From contig KZ537964.1 in the NCBI GenBank assembly GCA_000934665.2, positions 124,001 to 188,000 on the forward strand: DNA of 64,000 nucleotides. The letters run 5' to 3'. The stretch comes from Catajapyx aquilonaris (lineage: Eukaryota). The notes under the pieces are model-generated. The model saw nothing but the letters and a program-made list of their open reading frames with translations, did no database searches and was not told the origin of the DNA. Position 1 is the first letter of the stretch. Each line of letters begins with the position of its first letter. Both the position numbers and the translations under genes were made by a program. Positions 24,549-39,700 of the stretch are shown piece by piece.

Positions 24549-27500
24549 TTAACTACTCCACATCTGTTTAGTCCACATCTGCAAGAAGCAAAATATTTTT
24601 TACATGCAACTGTTGCTCTTTCTTGTCAAGATTTTAATTATCAAATCTTTGTACGTAATAAAATTCTGCCACTCTGGCAGGGGTCGAAAGATTAGTATGC
24701 GAAGGTTCAATTTGCACTCCAGTTGGACCTGCTTTTTAACATAACGGTAATTAAAAATTAAGCATGGCAAGTAAATTGCACTCCAGATGAGAGTCGGGAG
24801 TGCAAACTTCGCAGCTGGACAAAAAATTTCAAAAATCGACCCCGGCAACGACATATTGGCATGCAAACTTCCAAGAATAAGACTGCGTTTACATGTGAGC
24901 CATTTGATCGGAGATGAAACCACTAGTTTGAGAGCGTTCCCAAACAATTGATTTCACTGCTCAGTGATGCTCATCGCTGATCAAATCGCTCACATGTAAT
25001 CACGGCCTACACAGGCATTCTTTGGCATCATTTGTCGAATCAACATTAGGTTCTAGCTTCCTGCTGAGTCTTTCTGAATGATAGTGCGTACTCACCACGG
25101 GCTTGCTGACCACATCTCCTAGTGCAAGGGCATTCCGTTCCCACGAGTTCATGTCCATTTCACCTCCCCTCACAGGCCTCATGGCAGCTGCGGCGGCGGC
25201 TGCGGCAGCTGCTGCAGCTGCAGCCTTCACACCACCGTCTCCCTGGCTGTCCATCCCCATCTGCTGGTACAAGTGCATCGGGAGGCTACCAGGGGGTGGT
25301 GGAGGGGGAGGGGGGCCACCGCCCATCATCAGGCCACCGCCTCCATTCATAAGGTTACGCTGGGCTTCACGAGGATCCTGCAAATTAATAACAATAATTA
25401 CACTGGTCCAAAGATTCACAAGTTTTGCTGATCTTACCTGGAAAGGGGCATCCACGAGTCTGGCGTCGAAGGGTGCCATGTCGTCCGGCATCATCTTGGG
25501 CGCTCCGGCATGACCTCCGGGGCGGTAGAAGAGCCGGTCCGGTGGAGGGTGGACTCCTGCTCCTACACCCCCACCTACTGCCCCTACTCCTCTGACATTG
25601 CTGCCGTGGTGTTGTTGGTGGTGGTGTGGGTGATGGCCGCCATGGTGGTGGTGATGGCCGCCACCAGGAGGTCCACCTCCGGCCGACCAGCCCATGGGTC
25701 CCTTAGGATCCATGTTGTACAGCCAGTCGCTTCCAGATTGGTCTACCGGACCCACTTCAGGAAAGAAGACAAAACAAACCCGTTATTAACCTGGCCATGG
25801 GAAGGTTTGGGTAGGCTTATTATAGGAAGAAGCCAAAGCAACTAAGGCTATCTGACTCTGAGAAAACGCAAAGGTGAGACAGAAAGGAAGAGAAGACTTA
25901 GTCAGGGGAAGGTCATGCGGCTCAAACTTACCCGATGGTGCCTGCTGTACCATTGCATTGTTCTTCCAGTTTCTCTCCGTCCCAATGGGCCTGAGTTGTG
26001 GGAACTTCCTGTCCTCTCCCCCTAAGGTCTTGCCATACCCCATGGGCATCCCTCGGTCTCCGCCTCCCATCTGCGATGGTGACATGTTGGGTGATGGGTT
26101 TCCTCCGTTCTCAAGTCCCAGATCACCTAACCCGACATGGCTCTGAAGTCCTGCGTGCCCAAAAAGCATTTCATTTTGTTGTTGCTGCTGCTGCTGTCCC
26201 ATCCCCTGCTGCTGGAAGTCGGTGTTGCCAAAGGCCCAGCGGATTGGAGGTGTGTTTCTAGGGAAGCCGGTGGATGGAGCGGGTTGTGGCATGATGGCGG
26301 CCGCCGTCATTTTGTTGACGGTTGCGGCTTGCACCAGCTGGAAGGGCATGACCCCTGACGTGTTGAGCATCTGGGGTGGGAAGGGAGGTGCCTGCGCTGC
26401 ATTAAACATGCTCTGGTTGCCCGGCTTGAATGTGGTGTAGGTTCCAGTGTACGCTGCTGCCCCTGGGTTCAAGTTGGACTGGACCGCCGCAGAGGAGTAC
26501 TGTGGCTGTGTGGAAGGCGGGAAGTTCATCATATCCATTCCGTAACCTCCAGCCATCTTGATCATGCTTACTGGCACATCTGCGGCAGACGTCCCACGGA
26601 AGTCTGCGTCCATGTGCGCAGTGGCTGGGGTTGCGGACACCATAATATGGTGGCTTCCGACTGCATTGGTTGGTGCTGGGGCCGAGACTGGGACCTGGGA
26701 TGCTCTAGGTGATTCTGGGCCGCGAAAGAAGTGGTTCATCTCCTGCTGTGGAGGTGGCTGTTGCGACACCGGTGATGCTGCTGACGCTGGTGGAGGCGTC
26801 GGAGAAACCCTCGCATCGTCAAACATGTAACCAGCCGTGTACTTTGCTGTGATCGGGGAAGCAGTGCTATTTCCACGGTAGCCAGGTGCTTTGGATGCAT
26901 CGGCGGCCGGTGCTTCCGGAAGTGGTGGTGTTGGTGCACTGTTGTCGACCTTTGGACTAGCGGCTCCACTGTCGCGACTCACAGCACCAGCTGCAACCGC
27001 AAAGTTCATCTTATCACCACCACACGGCTGCCCATCGCGACCACCCCACACTGACTGCTGGGCAACTTGGCTGAATCTATTGTTGAAAGGGGAGTACTCA
27101 AGAGGTGGAGCAACTGTTGTCGTCACAGTCGTTGTGGGTATCACGGGCTGAGGTGGTTCTGGAACAGGGGATGGCGCACGCTCTGGCACTGGTGCTGAAA
27201 ACGGAGGCTTTGATGGCAAACATTGGGATGGAGTTGGTCTCGGTGGAGGTGTATGCTTCGGAGACGGAAATGGTGCTGCGGTGGTCACAACTGTAGGTAA
27301 AGTAGTTGCTGCGACTGAAACTGGAGGTGCAATTGGTGGTGGTGCTGCAGTCTCAGACACCTTTGCTGCAAACGTCTGCTGAGGTGCTGCGGTCGTCTTC
27401 GTCACCTTCCCCGAGGTGATGGCCACTGTGTATGACACTGTGGTCTTGGCTGCTGTGGTGGCTGCTGCGGCCGCTGCAGCTGCAGCTGCGGCTGTTCGCC

Positions 27501-30500
27501 TCTCAGCTGCTGCTTGGAGGCGCGGCGCCAAATTCTTAATGGGCAATCCCAGTGATGGTTTTGGGATGCTTGCAGGAACAGGTGCCCTGGAAGTTGCCAC
27601 TGCACTGGACACCACAACAGCTGCAGGTACCGACACAGCAGCTGACTTGGCCACACTGATTGACATGGGCGCAGGAGGAGCGGACCCGACACCCTTGGAA
27701 CCAGACTTCTTAGAACCAGACACTGCTTTCTGCTGCGTCTGTCCCCCTCCACTACTGCTTCCTCCAGTCGCTGCCACAGCAGCAGCCAATTTCAGGCTCT
27801 TAGGAAGCATCTTCTGGAGGTCCAGTTCCGGGTCCTTCACCAGTGCCATTATAAGCTGATGAGCCTGCCTGGTGGCCTCAGCCGAGCCCTTTATCTGGAT
27901 GCTCCTCTCACCTTGTCCTTTGGTCTGCTTCTCCACTTCAATGTGCGCACCAGTTGCCTCTCGAATGGCATTGATGTTGCTACCGCCTCGCCCTATCACA
28001 CGGCTCACAACGTTGGAAGCCACCACCACTTTCTTATAGCGAGATGACGACACCAGGCTGCTATGGCGAGACTCACGGCTGCAGGAGAGAAATAGTGTTA
28101 AGTGGTACTTTTCCGACATGCAATATCCTTTAATGGCATATTTGATGCCATCCCAAGTCAACCTAAAACAGTACACTTACTTCCTGACAACCTCCTTCCA
28201 GCCTTCCTCTTTCTTCCCAGCCTGTTTAGGACTAGATGAGGAAGCTGAAGATGGGGAAGTCTTGGCAGTGCTGCCCACTAATGTCAGAGTAGCAAGGTTG
28301 TTGTGCAGGTCCCTCGCAGAATCGTCAGATTCCCTGGAAGCAATAGTTTGCCTGATCATCAAGTGCTCAGTCACATGTGGACATTAATGCCTGGTTGCAC
28401 CAACAAAATTACCGGTCCGATAGCTCCTAATGGACAGATAGGTAGACCTTTTAACATGTGCTATCGGTCCGTTAGGAGCTATCGGACCGGTAAATTTGTT
28501 GGTGCAACCAGGTATAAGAGTGTGTCAGTTGAGGTCGAACAGGTCACTTTCTCTTTCACAGAGGGGCTAGCCACTCTCCACTACAGCTGCATTTACATGT
28601 GAGCAATTGGCTCAGCAATGTTCATTGCTGAGCAAATCTCTCATATGTAAATGTGTGGCCTAAAATGTACCCATTAACACAATTACTCAAGTGCCATGTA
28701 ATTGCACAATTGCAGCTGCTAACAGAACTATTTCCAGAAATTATTTTCATGCCCGAGTTGCATTTCTCTTTCACTTACAGCTGCTGTGAGATGGTTGGTG
28801 CTGCACCAGTATTTGCAGATGTGCCCAATGCACTTCCGCTACCCTGGTGCTGCTTCTTCCCGTGGACCGCCCCACTGCCGGCTCCCTGCCTGGAGTTGGC
28901 CTCGGCCACTTCCTGCTGCTGATGGACGTCTTTCCTCGCCTTCGATGCTTCCTCCACCTTCTCTGCTTTCCCCTTCCTCCCGCCACCTCCCTTCCCTTCA
29001 GCTTTCCCTTCCTCCTGGTGATGGTGGTGGTGGTGCCTGTGATCACCGTTCTCCATGGCCCTGCTTGTCAGTGGAACTCCCCTTCCTTTCTGCTTCCCAG
29101 TGCTGTCGTCACTGGTTGGAGTGGCACTAGTCTGCGTCTCCTTGCTGGTGGTAGGAGCAAATGCAGCTGGGACATCCAGTTTGCGCTTCTTTTTCCGGTC
29201 CTTCTTTTTCCCATCTCCAGTCACCTTGGCGTCACTGCTACTACAGCTGCCCTGGCTGTTTGCATCGATGCCACTGTCCCCTTCCTCCTTCTCACTAGGG
29301 TCGCGGCTGCCATGGGCACCAACATGACTAGAGGACGACGCCTCAGCCTTGGAGGTAGTTGCTTCAGATGTCAAAACTAGAATGGTCAGCAAGTTTAAGA
29401 CTCGATGAAGAGTGTCCTCTAGATTAATTTAATGGCAAATTATTATTAGCTGTTCTGTAAGTTAGCTGCAATGACTCCTTTACATACGAGTGATTTGATC
29501 AGCACTAAGAGTAATTGTTTTGGGCATAAGTAACAATCACGTTTCTCCCCAAACAATAATTGGTTTCATCACTCAGTGATGCTCATCGCTGATCAACTCG
29601 CTCATATGACTAATGCACAATCACTCATTTATCATTACAAAAAAAAAAAGTGCAATAGATCATCTCACCATGGGACTTGTCTGTGCCTCCTCCTCCCTTG
29701 ACAGGAGTGGGTGGCGTAGACCTCTGGGGCGGCGGTGGTGGTGCCTCATCCTCCTTGTCATCATCCCCATCGTCATCGTCGTCATCTACATCGTTTTCGT
29801 TGACAATGAGCTCGTTCCTCTCATTTTCCTCCATCTCTTGCGCCTTCCTCTTCTCCTCCTTCTTCTCCAGGCGTCTCTTTCGTTTCCTCTCCCGTCTCCT
29901 GGCTGCGGCCAGTCGCTTGGACTCCTCTCTGGATTTCTCCATGTCAATCTCCTCCAGTAGGATGGTGGCAATCTTGTTGGCCTCTGCCGCCTGTTTCGCC
30001 TTGGCAGCAGCGATCACCTCAAAGCACTGCTCACACTTTTTAAGCAGCTCCTTGTCACTCACAGTGGACATGTATCGCTTCATCTCGTAGTCATTTGGAA
30101 ACTGGGTGACATGTTTCACCATCCACTTCACTACGCGGACATGGCCCTTACGAAACGCAGCCATCAGGCACGAAGTCTGTGAAGAGATACACTGTATGAT
30201 GTAAAGCGTATTGGCTACCTGCACAACAATGCTGCTTGTAAGTTCATAATGGTGTACTTTTCCTTCCCCAGGTTTTGACGACTTTTTGAGCATGGTGTGC
30301 TACATTTGCCGTCATTTCCGATATTACACTGATGTGCAGATGAATGCAAGAGACAGAGTCACCTTACCTTTCGATTGTCTTGCGAGTCGATGTTGGCCCC
30401 TTGGGAAAAGAGCAGTTGTGCCACCTCCAGGTGGCCTCCATTGCATGCCAACCACAAAGGAGTGTTGCCCTTCTTATTTCTCACTTCGATATGAGCATTT

Positions 30501-33500
30501 CTGCAATGTGAAAGAGTCGATTATATTTCCAGCCCCATGCCAGAGCAACAAGGCCTTTTGAGTGAACACCCACCGGCTAACTAGCAGCTCGACAAATCTG
30601 TAATGCCCCTTATCAGCCGCAATGGTGAGGGCCGTGTCCCTGGAGGACGGAACTGGTGCAGCATTCACATCAGCATTCTTATCCAAGAGGACCTTCCCTA
30701 CATCCACGTAACCTCCACTGGCCGCCTCCATCAGGGGAGTCAATCCCGTCTTTAAAATAAAATGACAGATTAACATTATTAACTCTCTTCCAGCTTATCA
30801 AACAAAATCCTACAGAAATTCTTTTGCGATGGACTCACCTTCGCTCTATGTTCAACATTGGCCTTCCGATCAACAAGAAGGCTGACCACCTCATGCCTCC
30901 CTTGGAAGCAAGCCAGCGTTAGGGCAGTGTTCCTATTGGTCTCGATCTGAGCATTGATGTCACTTCCCATGTCCAGCAACAGCTTGACGGCGGCTGTGTG
31001 ACCATTCATTGCTGCCAACATCAGAGGTGAGATCCCCAGCTTGGAACCGGTGCGAGAATTAATCTCGGCCCCATGGCTCAGCAGGAGTTTGATGATGTTT
31101 ACATATCCGCCTGATGCGGCCAGAGACAGAGGAGTGTAGTCCGATACATTGCGGTGCTCCTTGTTGGACCCACGGTTAAGCAGAAGCTCCACCACCTCGT
31201 ACCGTCCCCCAGAGCATGCCAGGGAGAGTGGAGTGTCTTTGGTCCTCTCAGACTGGGCCTCAATTTCTGACCCATGGTTAAGCAGGATCTCCACCACCTT
31301 CTCATGCCCTGCAGTGGCACCCAAGATCAACGGAGTGAAACCCTTCTTGTCTCTGTGCTCAATGTCAGAGCCACGTGAAATCAGAAGCTCCACCAGCTCA
31401 TCGTGGCCACCTGCACATGCCAGAGTCAGTGCCGTGTCATGATTGGATTCTGTCTCGCAATCGACATCGAGCATGGGCACAGCTGCTGGCTGGGGCTGCT
31501 GCTGCTGCTGCTGCTGTTGTTGTTGTTGCTGCTGCTGCTGCTGCGGGGATTGTTGCTGCTGCTGGGCATAAGCAGCTGCGGGGGCAGCAGCGGCATACTG
31601 CTGGTTGACTGCCGCATACTGGCCTGCTATGAAAGGAAGTGGATGGATGTTTTACACAACTAGAGAAGTGTTTCTTAAATGTGATCAGCAGTCTACTAGT
31701 GGTCTGCAAAGTTTCTCCATGCGAGACATTACTGATCCCAGAACTACATTAGTGGCATTTACCTGCAGACGAGGAGTTGAGCTGGTAGCAGTAGGGGCCA
31801 TTCTGCTGCTGCTGTAGCTGTTGCTGCTTGTGCTGCTGAACTGGCAACTTCTGCTGCTGTTGTTGTTGTTGTTGTTGCTGCTGCTGCTGCTGCTGCTGTT
31901 GCTGCTGTTGGACTTGCTGTTGCTGCTGGACCATTTGCTGCACCTGTTGCTGCACCTGCACTCTTGACTTCTTCCCCTTGAGCTTCTTCTCTGGTACGGG
32001 TGTTGCCACAGTCTGGGTTGATACCTGAACTTGCTGGATTTGTCCCACGGTTGAGGGGGAGGAATACCCAACTTGCGCTTGCCCAGCACTGCCATCAGGA
32101 GCCACGGATGGAAAGCTGATCTGAGGCGACTGAAGCAGCAGCTGAGGCTGGAATGCCACTTGCTGCCCTCCAGTCAGTCCACCAAGACCTGCCGATTGGA
32201 TCAGTTGGATCCCCGATACCGGAACCTGTGCTGGTTGGGTCGCAGTGGCAATAGTGGTACCAGAGGCAGAAGCCATGGGGACCACAGTCCCAACAGGCAT
32301 CCCGGACAGCATGGCATCTCCCGTCCCAGGAGCAGTGACAGGGATGCCTGCCGCAGTGGTAATCTGCACTCCCGAGGTGGCAGCCAGCTGCACCTGGTTC
32401 TGGTATTGCTGGTATTGCAGGTGGGCTCCAGGAGGACCATACACCTATTTAAGGAGGAAAAATCGCTGTTACTGAATGGTCACTGTGGAACAAATGTGAC
32501 TGACATTCACACTTCAGAACGTCATTTTCATAATAATGTGCATTATAAGCATAATGCAGATCAATTACAAGATCTACCATAAAATAGTCTTTACAAGCCT
32601 GACATATTATGCACATCATTAGAAGATAACTGATGTTAACCAGTCGTCAAGTGATCAATTATTATTAAATGAAATGCATGATTCTACGAACTCTGGACTC
32701 CTCTACAAATTTCCAACTTGACAAGTTCCATACTATGATCCTTCCTCACCTGTAGGGTCTGTGCTTGCAAGGTGGCTAGGTGGGTCCCTGAGGCTGGCAT
32801 GGAGAAGTACTCCACCCTTCCGACAGTGGCCATTCCTCCAGCCTCTTGCTGCTGCACCTGGCCTCCTTCCTCCACCACACAGGACGACTGCTGTTGATCC
32901 GCAACGCTGCCCTCCTCCTCCTTCTCTTCCCCGCAAACCACTGGTACCAGGCTGAGATTGGCCACGTTCTGCGCCAGCAAGTCCATGCCACCAGGCTCCA
33001 TGGTTAAATCCAGGGCTTTCACCATCCCAAGGTCTTCCTTGTCCTTCTTGGTTGAAGCCTCCTCTTCTTTGCCTTCCTTGCCAGTCGTGGCAGGGTCGAA
33101 TGCCAATGGTGGTGGTTGGATGGCCTGCCCCAGTTGCAGGGGTGCATAGAGGGATGGGGTGGGGGCTACGTAGCTCATCTGCTGTTCTAGATGTTGTTGG
33201 AACAGTGACGAAGCTACTGTTGCTCCACCATGCGGAGCAACCTGCATTGGGTCCACCTGAGATGGACAAGTACGTTACATGAAATTGCTCTGCACATACA
33301 CCAATGGCGCTCATCAGTTTAGTTCAAACATAGTCTGCATCTAATTGGAAGGTACAGTACTTCCAACAAGGATAAGAACTCTGCGTAGTTATTACAATAT
33401 AAGGCCACGGTTACGTGTGATTGATTCGCTCAGTGATGAATCATATTGTTTGAGGTCAAAGTAACAATTGCGTTGATTTCATCACTCAGCAATGCTCCCC

Positions 33501-33686
33501 GCTGATCTAATTTTTCACATGTAAACGCGGCCTAAAACAGTCATCTAACTCACCTGTTGCAATTGAATGAACAACTGCTGCTGCTGTTGCTGAGTTAATG
33601 TTGCTGTCTTCCCTTGGAGATGAAACTGCTGCTGGAGTTGCTGCAGATGGTACTGATGGTCAAATTGGTGGTGGTGGTGTTGCTGC

Positions 33687-33736
<50 letters not shown>

Positions 33737-36700
33737 CTGCTGCATTGCTGCCTGCAATGCCTGCTGCTGCTGTTGCAACTGCTTCTGGTTACGAGCCTCC
33801 TTCTTGGAAACAGGCTTGGCCTTCACCCTCTCACTTATGGGCGTCGCTGCTGTCACCTGGATCCGGCAACATCGATATAGTTAGTAACATGACAACGAAA
33901 TGGAACATCAACTATTAGAAGAATATTCATTTGCCTCAGTTACCTGCGACGGGGTGACCCCTCCCGAGGTGGTTGTTGATGACGAAGTAGATGATGACGC
34001 GGTGGATGACACAGCAGTCCCAGAGTGGCTGGTGTCGTCCAGCAGTGACGGAGGTTGCTGCGAGAGCTGGTCCTGCTGCCCTGAGTACACCGCTGTGAAG
34101 CTGGTGTCCGCAGTGAGAGGCATGGGGAGTTGCACCTTGCCATACAGGCTAGGAGCAGGCGATGTGTGGAAGAAGCCCGTTGGCAGGGAAGGGTGGCACA
34201 TAATTCCTGAATATACAAAGAAAATGCCAGTCAAATAATTGCTTAACTGCTCGCAGTGGTGAAAAGAAATGTCAAGTATAAGATAAACCCTACTGTTATT
34301 AAACATTCTGGTCAATTTAATGAGTGTTACTTGTTGGCTAATTCAATACGTCCACAGCGAACTTACCGGCTCCCTGGAGGTTCTGCAGGTTCTGTGTGGT
34401 GAGGTCAATAACCCCTCCATTGACTCCTCCTGCAAGTGGCTGTACCCCAACCCCTTGGGAGGAAGAGGCTGCAGAAGCAGACGAGCTGGCCACAGAGGTA
34501 ACGGCTGTGATTGTCCCCACGACCTGCCCTCCAATTCCCACTCCGCCTCCTCCCACACCTCCCCCTCCGCTTCCAGGAGGGTTGAGGAGGATGTCTCTCT
34601 CCACTCTCTGCAGCTCCTCCAGGATGTGCTGCTTATGCATTATCTGCTCCTGCTGCTTTCGCATCTTCTCCGGGGCAGCTCCATCCTCTCTCCCATCTGG
34701 TGGTTGATTTCGGACTTGCTGAGACTCTGGTGAGGTAAGACCCAGGTCACCCGATGATCCCGCCCTTGTCTTCCTCAGGACTGACTTCTGCTGTTGCTGC
34801 TGTTGCTGCTGCTGCTGCTTCACCTAAAAGGTGAATTTCACCATTTTTAGGTCTCTGATATCAGGGCAGAGAGACTGAATGAGAGCTGCACAAACCTGGT
34901 GTTCGGCGGCAGCAACATTGGCAGGTCGAGGTTGCGCCACTGCCTTGTTGCCAGATGCAGGTGTGCCTGTAGAACCCGACGGAACGACATCCTGCGACAC
35001 AACCCTAACTGCATCAGGAACCTCCCTGAGAGCTGCAGCAGCAGATTGGGGTCCAAGCTGGTTAAGGGCAGCAGCTGCCGCCGCCCCGTGGGCACTCATG
35101 ACAATGGAGTGTGGGTAATCGAGGAGCATTTGCACCACTGCGGTGTGCCCGCCTTTGGCTGACTCTATCACCATGGTCGAGTTGTCCTGCACAGAGGCAA
35201 ATCAATCATTAATGTTTCACTCTTCCATATTAATAAGAATATATTGCTTCAACTTTGATGTAGATGTTTGAATCAGTTGAGGTAAACAATATTGTCAGAC
35301 AGCTCTTGATTTACATGTACAGTACACATCAAAGGTAAGAAACATACAGCACTTAATGAGACTACTTTTGTGTACAAAATCAAATGTATAAAAAGTGTAG
35401 TGCTTCTGCCTTACCTTGAGCTTATGGTAGGGATCAGCAGCTGAGGCCAGCAGCATCTCAACCACGGCAAGGTGCCCACCTGCACAGGCCAGGGAGAGTG
35501 GTGTGTGGTCATTGTTGGTGGTTGACCTGTTCACCGACGCCCCCTTGGATAACAGGAACTGGACAGTGCAGGCATGGCCCGCCCGGCAGGCCTTCATGAG
35601 TGGCGTCCTCCCTCCCTCTGACTCATGCTCAAGCTCAGCACCATACTCCAGGAGCAACGCCGCAACATCAGTGTGCCCATTCTCACATGCATAGGTCAGT
35701 GCTGTATCACCGGTCTGCGTCTGGGCCTCTACGCTGGCCTCGGATTCCAACAGAAACCTGACCAGCTCCAGATGTCCCTCCTGCGCAGACTCCATGAGCG
35801 GTGTAGATGCTCCGAGCTCAATATCAGCCCCAGCCTTCACTAGAAACTCTGCAACTTCTGGAAACCCTCCACAGCATGCAAGGGTCAGAGCAGTCTCTTG
35901 AGTCTCGTCCGTCTGGGCATTGATGAGTGCTCCTTGAGAGAGTAGAAGGGCCACCATCTCCTCGTGTCCCTCCCGGGCTGCCTCCATTAGGGGGGTGTAA
36001 CCTTCATCATTCACCTCCTCAATGTTGGCGCCCCTCTCGATTAGGAGCATTGCCAGTTCTACATGGCCACCACATGCCGCCAGCGTAAGGGGTGATTCAA
36101 AGCTGTCTGCGGGCATGTTCACCTGAAGATGAAAGCAAATCATGAAATTGAGTGTTTTCTGTATTCAGTCCTGTCAAAATTATTCAATTATCCATATAAT
36201 TATTGCAACAGACCATAATGGTGTGGACTATTCGTTTTCGTTTTTTTTTTTTGTTGTTTGTTTGTTTTTTTTTCTTTCTTTAAATGGTTCAATTATTGAT
36301 ATTGCAATAGAACACGCTGTGTATAACAATTTTGATCTGAGAGATATAGACATGTCACTGTCAAGTTTGGTTAAGATTAAGATGGCGATATCAGAAAACC
36401 AAGGGGTTTACCTGTGCCCCAGAATTGAGAAGTAGCCTAGCAACATCAACATGTCCATCCATGGATGCCTCCATGAGGGCTGTGTGCATCTCATCAGTCT
36501 TGTGTTCCTGGTCAGCTCCAGCTTCCAGTAGGAAGCGAACCATTTCTAGGTGGCCCTTGTAGCAGGCGAGAGTGAGGGCGGACTCCTTGAACTCATTGGA
36601 GTGGGTATTGATCCCAGCCCCGCGTTCCAGGAGGGTCCTGGCCACACCAACATGGCCTGCCGAAGCAGCCTCCATCAGCGGGGTGTGCCCGTTCTCATTG

Positions 36701-39700
36701 TGGTCCTCCACGTGGGCTCCAGATTCCAAGAGAACACGCACCACATCCTCATGCCCACCTGCACAAGCGTACATCAGGGGGGTGTTGCCTGATGACGACT
36801 GGGAGTTCACATCTGCACCATGAGCTATAAGAAGCCGGACTATGTCTGCATGGCCTGCTGATGCTGCCTCCATGAGAGGTGTGCAATCGCCCTTCACTCC
36901 TCGATCCTCCACATTGGCCCTCATAGCCAGAAGCACCTATCACAGGGAAGAGCAATGTATAAATACACCTGCCTACAAATGTGAACCAATACCTTCTAAC
37001 ACCAATGCAAACCTGACACCTTTAATCTTCCCATACTAAGTCCCCCCAGAGTGATGCAGAAGAAAAACGTGTCTCATTTATGCCATCATACGCACTCATA
37101 CTGCTCTTTTGACAGTTCAAGAGCTCATCGTAATGCAGCAATGACAATACCCTGACATTCATATCCAAACCTCCACAGCTCTGAAGTGCAAGCAACATTG
37201 TATCAAAGAGTATCTTGATTTTACGCAAACCTTGTAGTCACTGTATGATCATAAGTACTATATTTGGCGGCATATAAGATGTACCCCCATTTCAGAAGAT
37301 CATATTCAGGAAAAAATGTATTTAGTATAGTATCTTTTCAGATAGGATGCAGGCCGATTTAAGCACAAATAAACCATTCACATTATTTGGTGCAAAACAG
37401 CACAACCATACATGAAAAATTGCAGTAGCACATGACAACATTCCCGACGAGTTGGGTTCACTTCAAGGAGCAATGATAAATCCTGATACATGCTCAGTTC
37501 AATGTAACCTACAAGGCTATGAAATTTTACTCCTTCTATTAAAGCAGCTTGGCACACTGAGCCCTCTCTCTCCTTGTGAATGGCTGCCTTCAGTTTTTTA
37601 CTGCCCCTCTACAAATCAACTCGTCACAGGATGAATCCCTAAAGCCCAGTCCAATTACAAAGCTAAAGAGGGACAGTTCAAGTTAATTAATATTAATGAA
37701 GCCTTCAAAATGAAGAGTCAAGGTTGAGAGGGAGTTTTTTGTTTTTTGTTTTTTTAAAAAAAGGTCAAGAATCATCCTCTTTTGGGGACGCAACAGTTTT
37801 AGCTCAACACTTTCAGTCAACTTGATGTGACCTTAACTTTTCTGACATTTTCTAGTTGCCTTTCCCAACCTTCCATAACATATCCAGTCTAACTTGTTGC
37901 ACAGCATGCATATAGAGAGGTACTGATTCTGTCATTGCAACATTATGTGCATCTGCGATATCCATGATTCAATTTAACATTGTAAGACACCTGTTATAGC
38001 ATTCAAATTAACTAATACAATTAATCATTACATCATTCCTCACATCAAAATTTTAATGCAAATTACTGTAGAGGTTTACGCCATCATTATTTACAGAGAA
38101 AAAATTTCATTCAATACCAAGAACTAACAACAAGTGGTTTAGATACCTGTGCCAGCTCGTAGTAGCCTGCTGAGCAAGCAAGGGACAATAGGCTCTCTCC
38201 TTCCTCGGTGGTCTCCTGCACGTTTCCTCCTTCGTCTAACAGCTTCTGGACTGCACCCACGTCTCCATCACTACAAGCCTCTGCAAGTGACCTGCAAAAA
38301 CAACCACATTTTGTACATCTGGTGCTGAATCCATCCTATAAATCTGCCATTCTTGTTGTCATGTGGCTATGTATGTGACTGCAAATAGCAGGCAAATACT
38401 GATGTGTTTCTCCATCTTCACCAACATCCAAGCAGCAAACACATGATGCATCTCAGAAATTAAGCAATTATCCCACTTCTTGTAGTTATACCTAAGGTAG
38501 CCGGGGTAGCCGCATAAAAATAAACCATCCCTCCATTCATTCATACCTAGGGGTGGAATTAATACATGCAAAAAGTTGTCTGACCTTGACACATAACTAT
38601 AATTGCACATTGCAAATCTTGTCCAAGTCCTCACAAAAAAAAGCTTACATATGCCTGATAATTACTTCACTATCACCTCATTGTTGTGGCCTATTTCTTT
38701 TTGCAATGCCCATAGAATTCCTTGAACATTGCAGAAGAAAATAGCTTTAAGAAAAAATGAATCACCATTTATCAGGAGACTGAAGAGAGTGCCACCTATT
38801 AGATTTTACAGTACAGATGTTCAAGGCCAGCCCAACCCTTTGCAAGGTCTGCCCCAATCCATTCCAATGTGCAAGTTTTCTTGCATTTACACATGTACAT
38901 GAGCAACACTTCAGCTAGTACTACGTCATGACCTGTCATGAGTACTGTAGCCATAAATCAGCTGTGTTTCAGCCCATCCAGGCTGAGGAGATTTTTTAAA
39001 AACATTTGACCTTACCTGGCATCCACCTGTTGCCTCGAGCTGTCACTCCTCATGCGGGTGAGTGCGGCTGCGGCTTCATCCAAGGCACACGAGACGCTGG
39101 ATGTGAGCCTCCTCAGCACCTCAGGGTCGGTGAAGGACTTCCCGTCAGCTGTTGAGAGTTTCCCTATGCCTGATGGGGCATTATTGCAGTGGTTACAGGG
39201 TGGGGGGTCTCATGCTTAGCATTGCTTAGGTTCTCTTTTTAGTACATCTAGTATAACAACTACACTCGCATTGCCAATCAGTTAGTAAATCAGTGCATGC
39301 ACAATCAGCCTATCATCTCTCAAACAACAAAGACCAGATTTTGCACACACAGTGGAATAAGTCAGCTTGTTTTCCCTCCATCCGTTCAGTCATTAGAAGT
39401 CGTGTCTTGTCCACTTGCCTATGCAGCACTTTACCTATACAACACTTGATCATCAGCCGTTCTTGCAGGTCAACTGCCTCACTTGGTTTTATACACAAGG
39501 ACAAACTTGCCATTAATTTACCTCTAGCATCACTGTGATGCAGAAGTGACTGGATGTGACAGAACCATGTTTGCTTTAGGAGTGTCAATATTATTGCTTA
39601 AGAACTTGACAACAAATTTGCAGAGGTAATGTGACATTAAATTGTAGTCAAGCATACAATTCAGCTAATCACTATCTCAGCTGATTCTTCGTTTGTTTAT

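Noticed and set aside
25100..36830. Many plus-strand ORFs (poly-L, poly-A, poly-S)
   Set aside because: Antisense shadows of GC-rich or CAG-repeat mask exons.
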